From Thermoproteota archaeon (lineage in GTDB: Archaea > Korarchaeota > Korarchaeia > Korarchaeales > JAOZGB01), in the NCBI GenBank assembly GCA_037917685.1, contig JAVCBU010000012.1, forward strand, positions 64,001-128,000: a DNA stretch of 64,000 nucleotides, written 5' to 3'. The position numbers were made by a program, and so were the translations under genes. Below the pieces are notes generated by a model that had not been told where the DNA came from, did not search any database, and was given only the letters and a program-made list of their open reading frames with translations. Below are positions 50,098 to 59,732 of the stretch, one piece after another. Position 1 is the stretch's first letter. Each line of letters opens with the position of its first letter.

Positions 50098-51414
50098 ATG
50101 ATTATCAGGGGGAGGTGGATTGCAACTTTCGACGAGGAAAACAGGATAATAAAGGAAGGGGGGATTCTCGTAGAGAACGGTATTATCAGCGAGGTTGGGA
50201 GCTTCGAGGAGGTTAAAAAGAGCAATCCATCTGAGGAGGTTGAAGATTTCGGCTTTCTAGTTATGCCAGGCCTTATATGTGCTCATTGCCATGCCTATGG
50301 GGCTTTCGCCAGGGGTATGCCGTTAAAGGGGGCTCCGCCTACGAATTTCGTTGAGATACTGGAGAGGATATGGTGGCACCTGGACAAGAAGCTTACTTTA
50401 GACGATACATATTATAGCGGACTGGTCACTGCGATTGAATCTTTAAAACATGGAACTACATCTATATTTGACCATCACGCCAGCCCGTACGCTATTACTG
50501 GAAGCTTAGACAGGTTGAAAGAGGCGTATTTAAAAGTCGGTTTGAGAGCTAACATCGCATATGAAGTCTCTGACAGAGATGGGTTGGAGAAGGCTGAAGA
50601 GGGCATCAAGGAGAACGTCAGATTTATAAGGATGAACAAGGGGAATGATTTTATAAGCGGAAGCTTTGGTCTTCACGCTTCCCTTACACTCTCAGATCAG
50701 ACGCTTGTGAAATGTGTTGAGGAAGCTAAAGAGCTGGGGGTTGGATTCCATATACATGTAGCTGAGGATATCGCCGACGTTAAAGACAGCCTGAAGAAGT
50801 CTGGCTTCAGAGTTGTCGAGAGGCTTTGGAACCATTCAATTCTGGGAGATAGGAGTATAGCCGCTCACTGTGTGAATATAAGTAGTAGGGAGATAAGGAT
50901 TTTAAAAGAAACCGGGGCGTGGGTTGTCCACAATCCAGAGTCTAATATGAACAACGCTGTGGGAGTTGCACCCGTCAAGAACATGATGGATGCAGGTGTA
51001 AAAGTCTGCCTCGGAACCGATGGATTCACTATGGATATGTTTAGAGAGTCAAAGGTTGCATTCATACTCCACAAGCTTTACACGGCTGATCCGAGAACTA
51101 TGCCTGCTGAAAGGGTGGTAGAAATGTTCAGGTGGAATTCCATGCTTTTCAAAAGCTACTTCCCAAGACCAGCAGGAGTAATTGAGAGGGGTGCATACGC
51201 AGATCTCGTCGGACTGGACTACAATCCATATACCCCCATGAATTCCGGAAACTTCCCGTGGCATTTCATATTTGGAATCGACGCCTCCAACATTAATGTA
51301 GTCATGGTTGGTGGGAAAATAGTGTTTAAGAATGGTAGAATTTTAACTGTAAACGAAGAAGATGTTTACAAGAGAGCATTCAAGCTTGCTGAAAAGCTGT
51401 GGAAGAGGCTATAA
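50098..51414 (+). CDS. ssnA: Putative aminohydrolase SsnA
   Basis: PGLICAHCHAYGAFARG, DHHASP, YEVSDRDG, GLHAS.TLSD, HIHVAE, HNPESNMNNAVG, GTDG. Confidence 0.88.
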   Translation: MIIRGRWIATFDEENRIIKEGGILVENGIISEVGSFEEVKKSNPSEEVEDFGFLVMPGLICAHCHAYGAFARGMPLKGAPPTNFVEILERIWWHLDKKLTLDDTYYSGLVTAIESLKHGTTSIFDHHASPYAITGSLDRLKEAYLKVGLRANIAYEVSDRDGLEKAEEGIKENVRFIRMNKGNDFISGSFGLHASLTLSDQTLVKCVEEAKELGVGFHIHVAEDIADVKDSLKKSGFRVVERLWNHSILGDRSIAAHCVNISSREIRILKETGAWVVHNPESNMNNAVGVAPVKNMMDAGVKVCLGTDGFTMDMFRESKVAFILHKLYTADPRTMPAERVVEMFRWNSMLFKSYFPRPAGVIERGAYADLVGLDYNPYTPMNSGNFPWHFIFGIDASNINVVMVGGKIVFKNGRILTVNEEDVYKRAFKLAEKLWKRL

Positions 51415-51492
51415 GTTCTTATCGCTTGCAAACTAATCATTATACTAGAGATTTAGTAAGTACTAGTAGGCCTTATTAACAGAAATTAAAAA

Positions 51493-52656
51493 TTGGAGGA
51501 TAAGGATATAAATGAAAACAGGTTCAGGTCCGGTGTTCTAATGATATTCTTATTATTATCGATTGGGGTTCCTATTACCCTTCTTTATCTTATCTACACT
51601 TCATACGGGTACAAAAAGTATAGAATTGGATTACTGACGATGATTCTCTTTATTTCAGCATTTATATCCTCATTGTCGGAAACTTTAAGGTTTCTATTTC
51701 TCGATCAGCAATTATCACTTCTGTGCGCTGTAGTCTCGATGATTACCATGTCACTATGCCTTAGTATCTACACTCATCTATCAGCTGAGCTTTACACGGG
51801 GTTCGTAGTACTGGAGACACCCGCATTTCTTATATCTAACTATTTTCTACCAGTATCAACAATTTTACTTGGTTTTTCCGGAGTACTTACATCCAAAGGA
51901 GTGCTATACTACAACCAATTTTGGAATACAAAATTATATATAGGTCTCCCAGGGCCATTTTTCACCTCGTGGGTAATTGTCCATGGATACTTGATTCTAT
52001 CGGCTCTTATATACGTATTTTTAGTATATAAGCGTGCTACAGGAAAAGTAAAAAGGTTTTACCTAAGTATGGCTATATCACTAATCACACCCGCAACTAT
52101 CTATGCGATAGCCGGGATTATAGATCCTGTCCTAAGCATATATAAGGTTGGAAATCATAGCATTGTGGCTTTACCATTTGCTTTAATTACCTGGGTCAGC
52201 CTGAAGAAGTATGGTATACCCTCTTTCACATATGAGCCTCCTGGGGAAGTTCCGGGGGAGATAAGGTTTTTTAAGAATTTCGAGGATGCTTTAAGCCTTT
52301 TTGAAGGCTACCGTATGTCTGGCTATAGATGTCTCATCGTTAGTAGGAGAAGATTTCGTGGAGTATCATTGTGGATAAGCAAGGTTAACGCTTATAATGC
52401 CGTGTCTCCGCAACATTTATCAAGAATAAAGACTATATTGGGGGATTTCGTTTCTGAGGGGGGTAAAGTAATTCTCATAGACTGTCTTGAATTACTCATA
52501 TTATATAATGGGATACATGAAGTGTTAAAGTTTCTTGGTTATCTACGAGATGAGGCTTCACTGAACAAGGCTTTAGTGCTGATACCCTTTGAACAAGACG
52601 CGTTTGAACCTAAGACTGTAAGCGCAATTATGAGAGTCTCTGGTGGGAGGGCTTGA
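51493..52656 (+). CDS. Multi-TM sensor fused to a DUF835 (inactive KaiC-like) domain
   Basis: About 7 TM helices, then LIVSR...LWISK...VSP..L...VILIDCLELLILYNG..EVLKFL..LRD. Confidence 0.8.
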   Translation: MEDKDINENRFRSGVLMIFLLLSIGVPITLLYLIYTSYGYKKYRIGLLTMILFISAFISSLSETLRFLFLDQQLSLLCAVVSMITMSLCLSIYTHLSAELYTGFVVLETPAFLISNYFLPVSTILLGFSGVLTSKGVLYYNQFWNTKLYIGLPGPFFTSWVIVHGYLILSALIYVFLVYKRATGKVKRFYLSMAISLITPATIYAIAGIIDPVLSIYKVGNHSIVALPFALITWVSLKKYGIPSFTYEPPGEVPGEIRFFKNFEDALSLFEGYRMSGYRCLIVSRRRFRGVSLWISKVNAYNAVSPQHLSRIKTILGDFVSEGGKVILIDCLELLILYNGIHEVLKFLGYLRDEASLNKALVLIPFEQDAFEPKTVSAIMRVSGGRA

Positions 52657-53783
52657 TACTTCAAATCCTGCAACTTCCAGTGATAGCCTACCTGTTCTAC
52701 TTGGTTGCCACGAATCGGAAGTGGATTAGGTACCAAGGTGTTTACAGGCTACTATATTTCTGGTTGTTGTCAGGATTAGTGTACGCTATATTAGAGTTTG
52801 CGTCAGTTATAGCGGGGGAATTCTCGGTAGTTACATTTAAAATGATGATGGTGGTATCTGTTCTTTCGCTATCGTTCTTTCTACAGCTTACTTCGGCATT
52901 TAAGTGGAAGGAGGCTTATATAGCGGCGTTGAGACCTGTATTCTATGTTCCATGGGTTCTTTCGTTCCTCCTTGCCTACAGTTCCAATGTAAGTATCAGC
53001 ATTAGAAGTTTGTTCGGTCTAAACGTTGCCGTGGTCAATGCAGATATATTAATTGCGATACTACTCTTCCTATGTGGGCTAATGCTCGCCGGTGGGGCGC
53101 TTACGCTTGCTTACCATCTCTTTACTATTTACCCGATTGAGAGAAAGATATTTATATTATCAGCAGCCGGAATATGGATATCAATATGTTCAGACTTCCT
53201 CCTATGGGTATTTCCACTATTGCATGGAAATATGATCCTAGGGTTCCACATGTTTGTCCTTATACCTGCAATTGCCGGTATGACGCTAACTGCCAGAGTA
53301 TACTCGCTTGCTTTTACACCTAGAAAGGGAAAGCCAGCCGCCACGAAAAAGGCTGGACGGGGTGAAATCATTATTTTCATTCACAAAAGGTCTCTCCACG
53401 CGAGAAACATATTCATGAACTACCTTAAGGAGGGGTTTACAGGATTATTCGTCTCTCCGGATCCATATGAAGCTGAGATAAGAGCTAACATGACATTAAA
53501 GCTTGACGTTAGCGAGATGGAGGGTTGCGTCCATCCTGCGCATGTTAACAGGCTTGAACATTTAGTATGGGATTTTTGCGTAAGGACAATGAATCCTGTG
53601 GTTCTCATTGAGGGGTTGGAGGAGATTATGGCTCAGGTAGGTTGGATTGAGTCTCTAAAGTTTGTTGATTCCCTTATAGATGTTGCGGAGACCACAGGAG
53701 CGGTAATATTATTCTGGGTTGACCCTGAAATATTCGATCCCAAGAGATTTATGCTACTTTCGAGGCATGTCAAAATAATGTAA
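52653..53783 (+). CDS. Multi-TM sensor fused to a DUF835-like domain
   Basis: About 7 TM helices, then GLFVS..P...VHP...VVLIEGLEEI...GW...LKFV..L.D...VDPE.F. Confidence 0.75.
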   Translation: MILQILQLPVIAYLFYLVATNRKWIRYQGVYRLLYFWLLSGLVYAILEFASVIAGEFSVVTFKMMMVVSVLSLSFFLQLTSAFKWKEAYIAALRPVFYVPWVLSFLLAYSSNVSISIRSLFGLNVAVVNADILIAILLFLCGLMLAGGALTLAYHLFTIYPIERKIFILSAAGIWISICSDFLLWVFPLLHGNMILGFHMFVLIPAIAGMTLTARVYSLAFTPRKGKPAATKKAGRGEIIIFIHKRSLHARNIFMNYLKEGFTGLFVSPDPYEAEIRANMTLKLDVSEMEGCVHPAHVNRLEHLVWDFCVRTMNPVVLIEGLEEIMAQVGWIESLKFVDSLIDVAETTGAVILFWVDPEIFDPKRFMLLSRHVKIM

Positions 53784-53813
53784 AATTTTATCTAAAGAAT
53801 TCTTACCATATCT

Positions 53814-54269
53814 ATGGTTCTCACCCTAACATGGGAAGACTTTGAAAGAGCATGTAGGAGGATAGCATCTCAGATCAGTCGTTCATACCAGCCTGAATGT
53901 ATATTAGCAATAGCGAGAGGCGGCCTTATAGTTTCAGTAAGGCTCTCACACATGCTTAATGTAAGGTGTTTCGCATTTTCATCCGTAGAGTACTATAGAG
54001 AACCCGGGGTTAAGGCAGGTAGGCCTAAACTCGAGATTCCACCCGTCGGAGAATATATGGGGAAAAGGGTGCTTTTAGTTGACGATATAATTGACACGGG
54101 TGATACTGTAAAACTGATAGTTGACTTGTTGAAGGGAAAGATTAGAGATTTACGTATTGCTGCATTAACATTTAAGCCGTGGACGTCGGTAAAGCCAGAC
54201 TACTATGGGTTTGGCCCTGTAAAGGAGTGGGTGGTTTTCCCATGGGAAATAAAGTGGGATGAGAAATAA
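53814..54269 (+). CDS. Purine phosphoribosyltransferase (xanthine/hypoxanthine-guanine type)
   Basis: LTWEDF, AIARGGL, VLLVDDIIDTGDT, KPDYY, WVVFPWE. Confidence 0.9.
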   Translation: MVLTLTWEDFERACRRIASQISRSYQPECILAIARGGLIVSVRLSHMLNVRCFAFSSVEYYREPGVKAGRPKLEIPPVGEYMGKRVLLVDDIIDTGDTVKLIVDLLKGKIRDLRIAALTFKPWTSVKPDYYGFGPVKEWVVFPWEIKWDEK

Positions 54270-54280
54270 AGTAGGAGGGG

Positions 54281-56140
54281 TTACTCTTCCAGCTTTACCC
54301 CTCTACCTTTCAGCTCTTTGATTACGTATTCAAGCCCTAGATCTTTAAGGGTTGAAGCTTTAGGAATGCCATTGCTGTCCCATCCTCTTGCCTCGTAATA
54401 CCACGTTAACAGCCGATCATAGTCTGAGGACTTCAAAGTCCACCCTTTCAAGGGGCCTTTTGATAGCGGCTGCTTGAACCATTTTTCGGGTGGGTAGTCC
54501 ATTTCTCTACTCCAGCTCGGGTATTCTCTTATCCAGTAGGACCTTATTAAGCTGTATATCCTGTCAGAGATCCTCCATAGATCTTCCAGGGTGAAATCTA
54601 AGCCTGTAGCAGCTTTAAGATACTTAGGATACCATTCAAGGCTGAAGTTCAGCTCTATCCATGGAAGTCTACATGTTACTGCTGACTCGAATAAGCCTCC
54701 ACGGATTCTTTGCATCCTGATGACTCCCTCAACCTTCTCTCTGCTGATCACTTCCCTCCCAAGTTTAAGTTCCCAAGCTATATACCATGCGTCCTTGTGG
54801 TGTGCGCCTATGGGGGAGGTCCCATATGCTAGTGCCATTCCAGGTGCTGCATGGCAGTCATAAGCTGATATTTCTAGGCCTTTAACGTGCATCGCGTAGG
54901 CCATGCTTCCACGCCCGAGGCCAAGTGCTACTCTTCTAACCCCCTCGGCGAGCACGTCTCCGTATCCATCCCTGTTGCATATCATTTCTGCAAGCCTATA
55001 ATATGCTTCTCCGCTGCCCCATTCAGGCTTTACACCAATCTTATCCTCTGACACTAGACCCTTCATGTAAGCCTCTGTTATGAATGCCATTACGCTCCCC
55101 AGCGATATGGTGTCGGCTCCCATCTCATCTGCAAGCAGGTTTAACGAGAGAACCCAGTTCATATCTCCAACCCCGATGTTTGACCCCAGCATTCCAGCGT
55201 TCTCATAGTCAAGCTCTGTCCTGCTGCCTTTCAGGGGGCCTTGTTTAATCTCGCAGACGTTTCCACACTGCATGTTACAGTTGGGACAGCCCTTCCTCAA
55301 AACTTTAAACTGCTCCTCCATTGTTTTGCCGGATATTCCATCAGCCTGGTCGAACACACCTTCTGTAAAGTTCCATGTCGGTAGCACACTGTTACCCTGC
55401 GCCCATTCAACAGTCATCATTGTTCCCTGACGGATCCAGAAATCGTATCCTTTAGCGTTTCTAACCTCCTCATACCCTTGCCTCCCCATATCGGTTATTT
55501 CCTCATCTGCAACAGCTATCTCACCCAAGCCCTTAAATACTATAGCTTTGACGTTTTTAGACCCCATGACAGCGCCTAAGCCTGGTCTGCCTCCGGCTCT
55601 ACCGTAATCCGACACTATAACAGCAAACCTAACTAGTTTCTCACCCGAAGGACCTATAAGGAGTATGCCTGCATCCTTCCCATACTCATCCTCAAGTACT
55701 TCCTGTGCATGATATGTTTTTGAACCCCAGAGATCCCCTGCATCTTTGAAGCTAACACTTTCATCCTCAACCACCAGGACCGTTGGCTTCCCCGCCCTAC
55801 CTTTTAGGATTAGCATGTCGTATCCTGCTTTCCTCAGCTGAACAGCTGCTTTCGTGCCGATGTTGCCGTCTCCATACCCCCCTGTTAACGGAGATTTCGC
55901 CGCTACCACAAGTTTACCACTGCTAGGTAGAGGAAGGCCTGTCAACGGCCCCGCCGCAACTATGAAAAGATTGTCTCCATCGTAGGGTCCCACCTGCGGG
56001 CTTACCTCATCCCATAATATCTTTGCAGCGAACCCTCTCCCTCCAAGGTAGTCTCTTGCGAGTTTTTCATCGAGAGTTTGAGTAACGTGTTTGCTTCTGG
56101 TCAGATCCACCCTTAAAACCTTCCCGCACCATCCCTTCAT
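54281..56140 (-). CDS. Aldehyde:ferredoxin oxidoreductase family (tungsten/molybdopterin)
   Basis: YLGGRG, KSPLTG, GRAGGRPGLGAVMGSKN, GCPNCNMQC, DYE, DTIS, YYEARGWD..GIP. Confidence 0.93.
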   Translation of the reverse strand: MKGWCGKVLRVDLTRSKHVTQTLDEKLARDYLGGRGFAAKILWDEVSPQVGPYDGDNLFIVAAGPLTGLPLPSSGKLVVAAKSPLTGGYGDGNIGTKAAVQLRKAGYDMLILKGRAGKPTVLVVEDESVSFKDAGDLWGSKTYHAQEVLEDEYGKDAGILLIGPSGEKLVRFAVIVSDYGRAGGRPGLGAVMGSKNVKAIVFKGLGEIAVADEEITDMGRQGYEEVRNAKGYDFWIRQGTMMTVEWAQGNSVLPTWNFTEGVFDQADGISGKTMEEQFKVLRKGCPNCNMQCGNVCEIKQGPLKGSRTELDYENAGMLGSNIGVGDMNWVLSLNLLADEMGADTISLGSVMAFITEAYMKGLVSEDKIGVKPEWGSGEAYYRLAEMICNRDGYGDVLAEGVRRVALGLGRGSMAYAMHVKGLEISAYDCHAAPGMALAYGTSPIGAHHKDAWYIAWELKLGREVISREKVEGVIRMQRIRGGLFESAVTCRLPWIELNFSLEWYPKYLKAATGLDFTLEDLWRISDRIYSLIRSYWIREYPSWSREMDYPPEKWFKQPLSKGPLKGWTLKSSDYDRLLTWYYEARGWDSNGIPKASTLKDLGLEYVIKELKGRGVKLEE

Positions 56141-56242
56141 GGTTTAACCCCCTACCAAACCCTTGAAACAGGACAATTAAAAAAGTGTCCCCTACCGTGA
56201 TTCAGAGCTACTATTTTATTTAGGTATGCCTAGCTCATAAGT

Positions 56243-56662
56243 TTGGGTGTATGGTTGCCGAGAGGTAGGCATCTCGATGATTGGAAGAGGGCTTTCCTCA
56301 CTGTTTGGCACGCTGCCAGAGGTATACTTGTTAGGAGTCAGAGCAGCAAGGTCTTCCACCTTGCTAAGGCCGCGTACCATGGGTACAGGTTACTAGAGAA
56401 GCAGACAAGGGATGCATATGAAAAATACGGTATCTCAAAGAAGCAGTATGGCCTACTTCTCCTGCTTGCCGCGGGGGAGAGCTTTACAGTTAGGGATGCT
56501 GCGGAAAAACTTAAAGCAAGCCAGGGAACCGTAAGGAAATATTTAAACCTTTTCGTAAAGGCTGGAATAGCTGATAAGGATACCTCGACAAGGCCTTATC
56601 TTTACAGGATGAAGGATAAGTATTTAAAAGCAATTAGGAAGAGTTTAAAGGAGAATGACTAA
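56243..56662 (+). CDS. Winged-helix transcriptional regulator (MarR/TrmB-like)
   Basis: GISKKQYGLLLLL....FTVRDAAEKLKASQGTVRKYLNLFVKAGI....TRPYLY. Confidence 0.75.
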   Translation: MGVWLPRGRHLDDWKRAFLTVWHAARGILVRSQSSKVFHLAKAAYHGYRLLEKQTRDAYEKYGISKKQYGLLLLLAAGESFTVRDAAEKLKASQGTVRKYLNLFVKAGIADKDTSTRPYLYRMKDKYLKAIRKSLKEND

Positions 56663-56891
56663 GGATGAGCTACCCCTAGAAAACCTTAGCATGAAGGTTT
56701 TCCAGATCACATTACTCACAAAGGCTTTAAAGAGAATGATAGGCAAGCTTGAAAAGCAGGAGCTTGATAGGCAGTTCCTAAGCGACGCGGTTCTTGTTAT
56801 AGGATTCTTGTTCATCCTATTAGGGATAAGTAAGCCTGACCTACTTGATGACCTAAAGTCAATGTTAAAGAAGGCCCTTGGAGAAGAATAA
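56655..56891 (+). CDS. Small hypothetical protein with one hydrophobic helix
   Basis: Overlaps the wHTH gene end; GGAG upstream of the ATG; segment AVLVIGFLFILLGI. Confidence 0.6.
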   Translation: MTKDELPLENLSMKVFQITLLTKALKRMIGKLEKQELDRQFLSDAVLVIGFLFILLGISKPDLLDDLKSMLKKALGEE

Positions 56892-56973
56892 ACCGCGGAG
56901 ATAAGTGCACGTACAATATTATACGGTATAGGGTACAGGGTTACTAGCCTGCCTAACACTTAGCATACTCGTT

Positions 56974-58443
56974 TTATCCTATATAGATTGTTTCGGTGGG
57001 TTTCTTTGGGCGTTTTCCTACTAGGCTTAGAACATCTTCTGTTCTTATGGTTTTTCTCCCTTCGTTTAAAGCCTTAATCATCGCCCTCCTCACTAATTCT
57101 TTTGTCTGCGTTAGATCGTACCCTCTGAGTGCCTTAGAAAGCTTTTCGTAGTCCACCTCCAGGTTCATCTTAAACTCATTTGTTGACTCTTCAAAAACAG
57201 ATTTAATTATGTGGGGAGGCAGACTCACATCAATAAGAACCTTTATGTCGGCCATACTTTCAAACTTTCCATTAAGGTACTCCGGCTTTCCAACACCGGC
57301 AACGATTGGTATACCCTCCTGTGTTACATCTGTAATCCAAACTATCAGGGAGGACATCAACATAATCATGAATTCTCTCTGAGAGTCGTCGGCCATCTCC
57401 ACCAGCCCCTCCTCAGGAAATACATATTCAGCTTCATCTATCAGAATTAGAGATTTAGATTCTTTGGCTAGATTAAGTACTTCCTCAAGGATCTTAGGGC
57501 CATATTTTAGTAGGCCGAGACTCAGAACATACAATTTTGCGCCAGCTTCCTTTGCAATAGCCTTGATGAACCCAATCCTTAGCTTTTCATCTCTACATTT
57601 AACTATTGTGATCTTTGGAATAGGGTATTGCTGGGGGGACTTAAGATAGTTTATGAGAAGCGAAACTTTAAACCATGGCTCTTTAAACTTCTTGAACTCC
57701 TCAACGTTAACATCAAGTTCGGCTGGGAGTATTTCGGGTATGGTTTCTTCCATCTTAAACTCGAAAAGACTCTTCAGATCCTCCTCGGAGAAGATTGGTT
57801 TTAAAAGATCAAGGTAGGCTTTGAGTCGTCCTCTAACATAGTCAGGTAAATCTGTCCTAAGCAAGCTATCTATGACATCTCGTGTGTGCTTCATTGCTTC
57901 AAGATCGAACTTCGGATAAAAGAATGAAGAAAGGGTCATAGCCTTAACAATGTCTAGGATACTCTCATAGTTCTTTTCCCTGCTAGCTATTAGAGTAAGC
58001 CTCTCAGGATCGAGCCTGGAACGGACGATTATCGAAATGGACTGTTCATCATTTTTAGTAAGCGATAACAAACCATAGAGGTAAAACGGCCCTATCTTAA
58101 AGTTATAATCCCTTTTAACCCCGAAATATTCCTTTATTTCCACTATTTTGAATTCTCCACCTCTAGACTTTGAGGAGAGGATCAAAGGCTCATAAAACTG
58201 AGATGAGAATACACCGGTGACGGAGACGAGATCCCCGGGAAGTACAACTTCCCTTGGAACAGGGGAAACGAGTACAAGAATGCTCCCGGATCCATCGGTT
58301 ATTCTAAGCCTTGAAAAAACCCTTGAAAGTGACTGTAGAGCATAGCCAGCTAGAACTTCCTTCACAACGCCCTTTACAGCCACCCTTTCACCTTCATATT
58401 TACCCGGAGAACTAAGGATCTCCCCTATTGATACAGTATCCAT
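56974..58443 (-). CDS. OB-fold protein fused to a degenerate classical AAA+ module
   Basis: N-terminal OB-fold (GERVAVKGVV...ITDGSGSILV). C-terminal KAIAKEAG, LILIDEAE and lid VDYEKLSKALRGY...LVRRA..AL.EGR..I..ED. No GxxGxGKT. Confidence 0.75.
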   Translation of the reverse strand: MDTVSIGEILSSPGKYEGERVAVKGVVKEVLAGYALQSLSRVFSRLRITDGSGSILVLVSPVPREVVLPGDLVSVTGVFSSQFYEPLILSSKSRGGEFKIVEIKEYFGVKRDYNFKIGPFYLYGLLSLTKNDEQSISIIVRSRLDPERLTLIASREKNYESILDIVKAMTLSSFFYPKFDLEAMKHTRDVIDSLLRTDLPDYVRGRLKAYLDLLKPIFSEEDLKSLFEFKMEETIPEILPAELDVNVEEFKKFKEPWFKVSLLINYLKSPQQYPIPKITIVKCRDEKLRIGFIKAIAKEAGAKLYVLSLGLLKYGPKILEEVLNLAKESKSLILIDEAEYVFPEEGLVEMADDSQREFMIMLMSSLIVWITDVTQEGIPIVAGVGKPEYLNGKFESMADIKVLIDVSLPPHIIKSVFEESTNEFKMNLEVDYEKLSKALRGYDLTQTKELVRRAMIKALNEGRKTIRTEDVLSLVGKRPKKPTETIYIG

Positions 58444-58619
58444 CCTCTATTCCCGTAGGCCTAGCAGAGATCAACACTTAAAAAATTAACCAGTAACATG
58501 TTCAAGCCCGTATAGAAGAAAGCTTATGCAAACGGTTACCATCCTGATCCCAATGGTGAGCCTCATCAGGGCAGGAGAGAAATTAAAAAGGTAACAATTA
58601 CTTATAGTAGCGGCAAAAG

Positions 58620-59180
58620 ATGTTGGAAATAGAGTTGCTAACAATAATATCGATAATAGTTGGAATACTGGTCGCATATAGGATTATTGTCGCCATAATA
58701 TTTACAGGAGTAGCTACGAGGCTACGCGGAAGGGTTTCTAGAAGCGAAGCTCTGAGAATATTTATTGGAAGCCTCCTAGACACGGTTTTGGGTGCTGTCC
58801 TAATAGCAGCCTCGGCGATTACACGTGAAGAAGACAAGGAAAAAGCCCATCGAATTATAGAAAGAATAGCAACGGATATTAGCCATATTAAGACCACACT
58901 ACAAGAAGAAGAGTCTCCACAAGTGAAAAACATGCTCAGAGACATATCCCTTGTCGAAGAGAAAATACAACAACTAAAAGAACACCCAAAAATAGGTCTC
59001 TACGAGATTATAGAAATCCTTGAAAAGATTGAGGAAAACATCTTTTATCTAAGGGACAAATCGGATGATTTATCGCTTGCCAAGGACTTGAAGCAGAAGA
59101 AAATAATAGGTTCTGCATGTGAGAGGAAGATATCAGAACTTAAAGATTACATACAAGAAATTCTAAGAAAAATAGAATAA
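58620..59180 (+). CDS. Hypothetical membrane-anchored coiled-coil protein
   Basis: Hydrophobic N-terminal helices followed by heptad-rich charged helices. Confidence 0.7.
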   Translation: MLEIELLTIISIIVGILVAYRIIVAIIFTGVATRLRGRVSRSEALRIFIGSLLDTVLGAVLIAASAITREEDKEKAHRIIERIATDISHIKTTLQEEESPQVKNMLRDISLVEEKIQQLKEHPKIGLYEIIEILEKIEENIFYLRDKSDDLSLAKDLKQKKIIGSACERKISELKDYIQEILRKIE

Positions 59181-59275
59181 ACTACCATGGTTAAGGGAGA
59201 GCTACCGCCATTTAGAACTTGCTGAACTAAAAAATAAAATTTATTAGTCTAAAAGGGGTGTTAATAGCGAGAAAA

Positions 59276-59647
59276 ATGGATGAGGAAGAGAAACCGGTTG
59301 AAAAGACAAAGGAAGAGGAAACAAAAGAGAAAGCAGCCAAAACACTCCTAAAAATTCTAGGAACCTCGGCAGTCACATACGCCATCATGGCAACAATCCT
59401 AGAAAGGAAGGAGATAATGGAAATCCTCGCAAGAGAAGACCTAACCATGAAGGAGAAAGCAAAACTCATCGCAAAAGAATACCTACCAGAGAAGAAGAAG
59501 GAAGACCTACTAGAACTCGGAGTAGCAGCCTTAACAGCCCTAGTCCTAGCGGGAAAAGAAAAAGCACATAAAGAAGAAAAGAAGGAAGAAGACGCATTAA
59601 AAGAGCTTATAGAAGCACTACAGAAAGCAGAAGAGAAAGAGGAATAA
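59276..59647 (+). CDS. Hypothetical Glu/Lys-rich protein with two hydrophobic helices
   Basis: ATG at 59276 is in frame with the track ORF; strongly purine-biased coding strand; has a neighbouring paralog. Confidence 0.75.
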   Translation: MDEEEKPVEKTKEEETKEKAAKTLLKILGTSAVTYAIMATILERKEIMEILAREDLTMKEKAKLIAKEYLPEKKKEDLLELGVAALTALVLAGKEKAHKEEKKEEDALKELIEALQKAEEKEE

Positions 59648-59651
59648 GCTA

Positions 59652-59689
59652 TTTCAGCTACGCACTAGCTACGCGCTTTCAGCTACGCA
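59652..59689. repeat. Short direct-repeat cluster
   Basis: AGCTACGC at 59656, 59667 and 59681; the 13-mer TTTCAGCTACGCA at 59652 and 59677. Confidence 0.75.
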
Positions 59690-59732
59690 ACAAATAACTT
59701 GAACATAAATGTTCCTCCTCTATTATTTTTAA

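Noticed and set aside
59652-59689. Repeat cluster as a mini-CRISPR array
   Set aside because: Repeat units are 8-13 bp with no spacer-length intervals, and there are no cas genes in the window.
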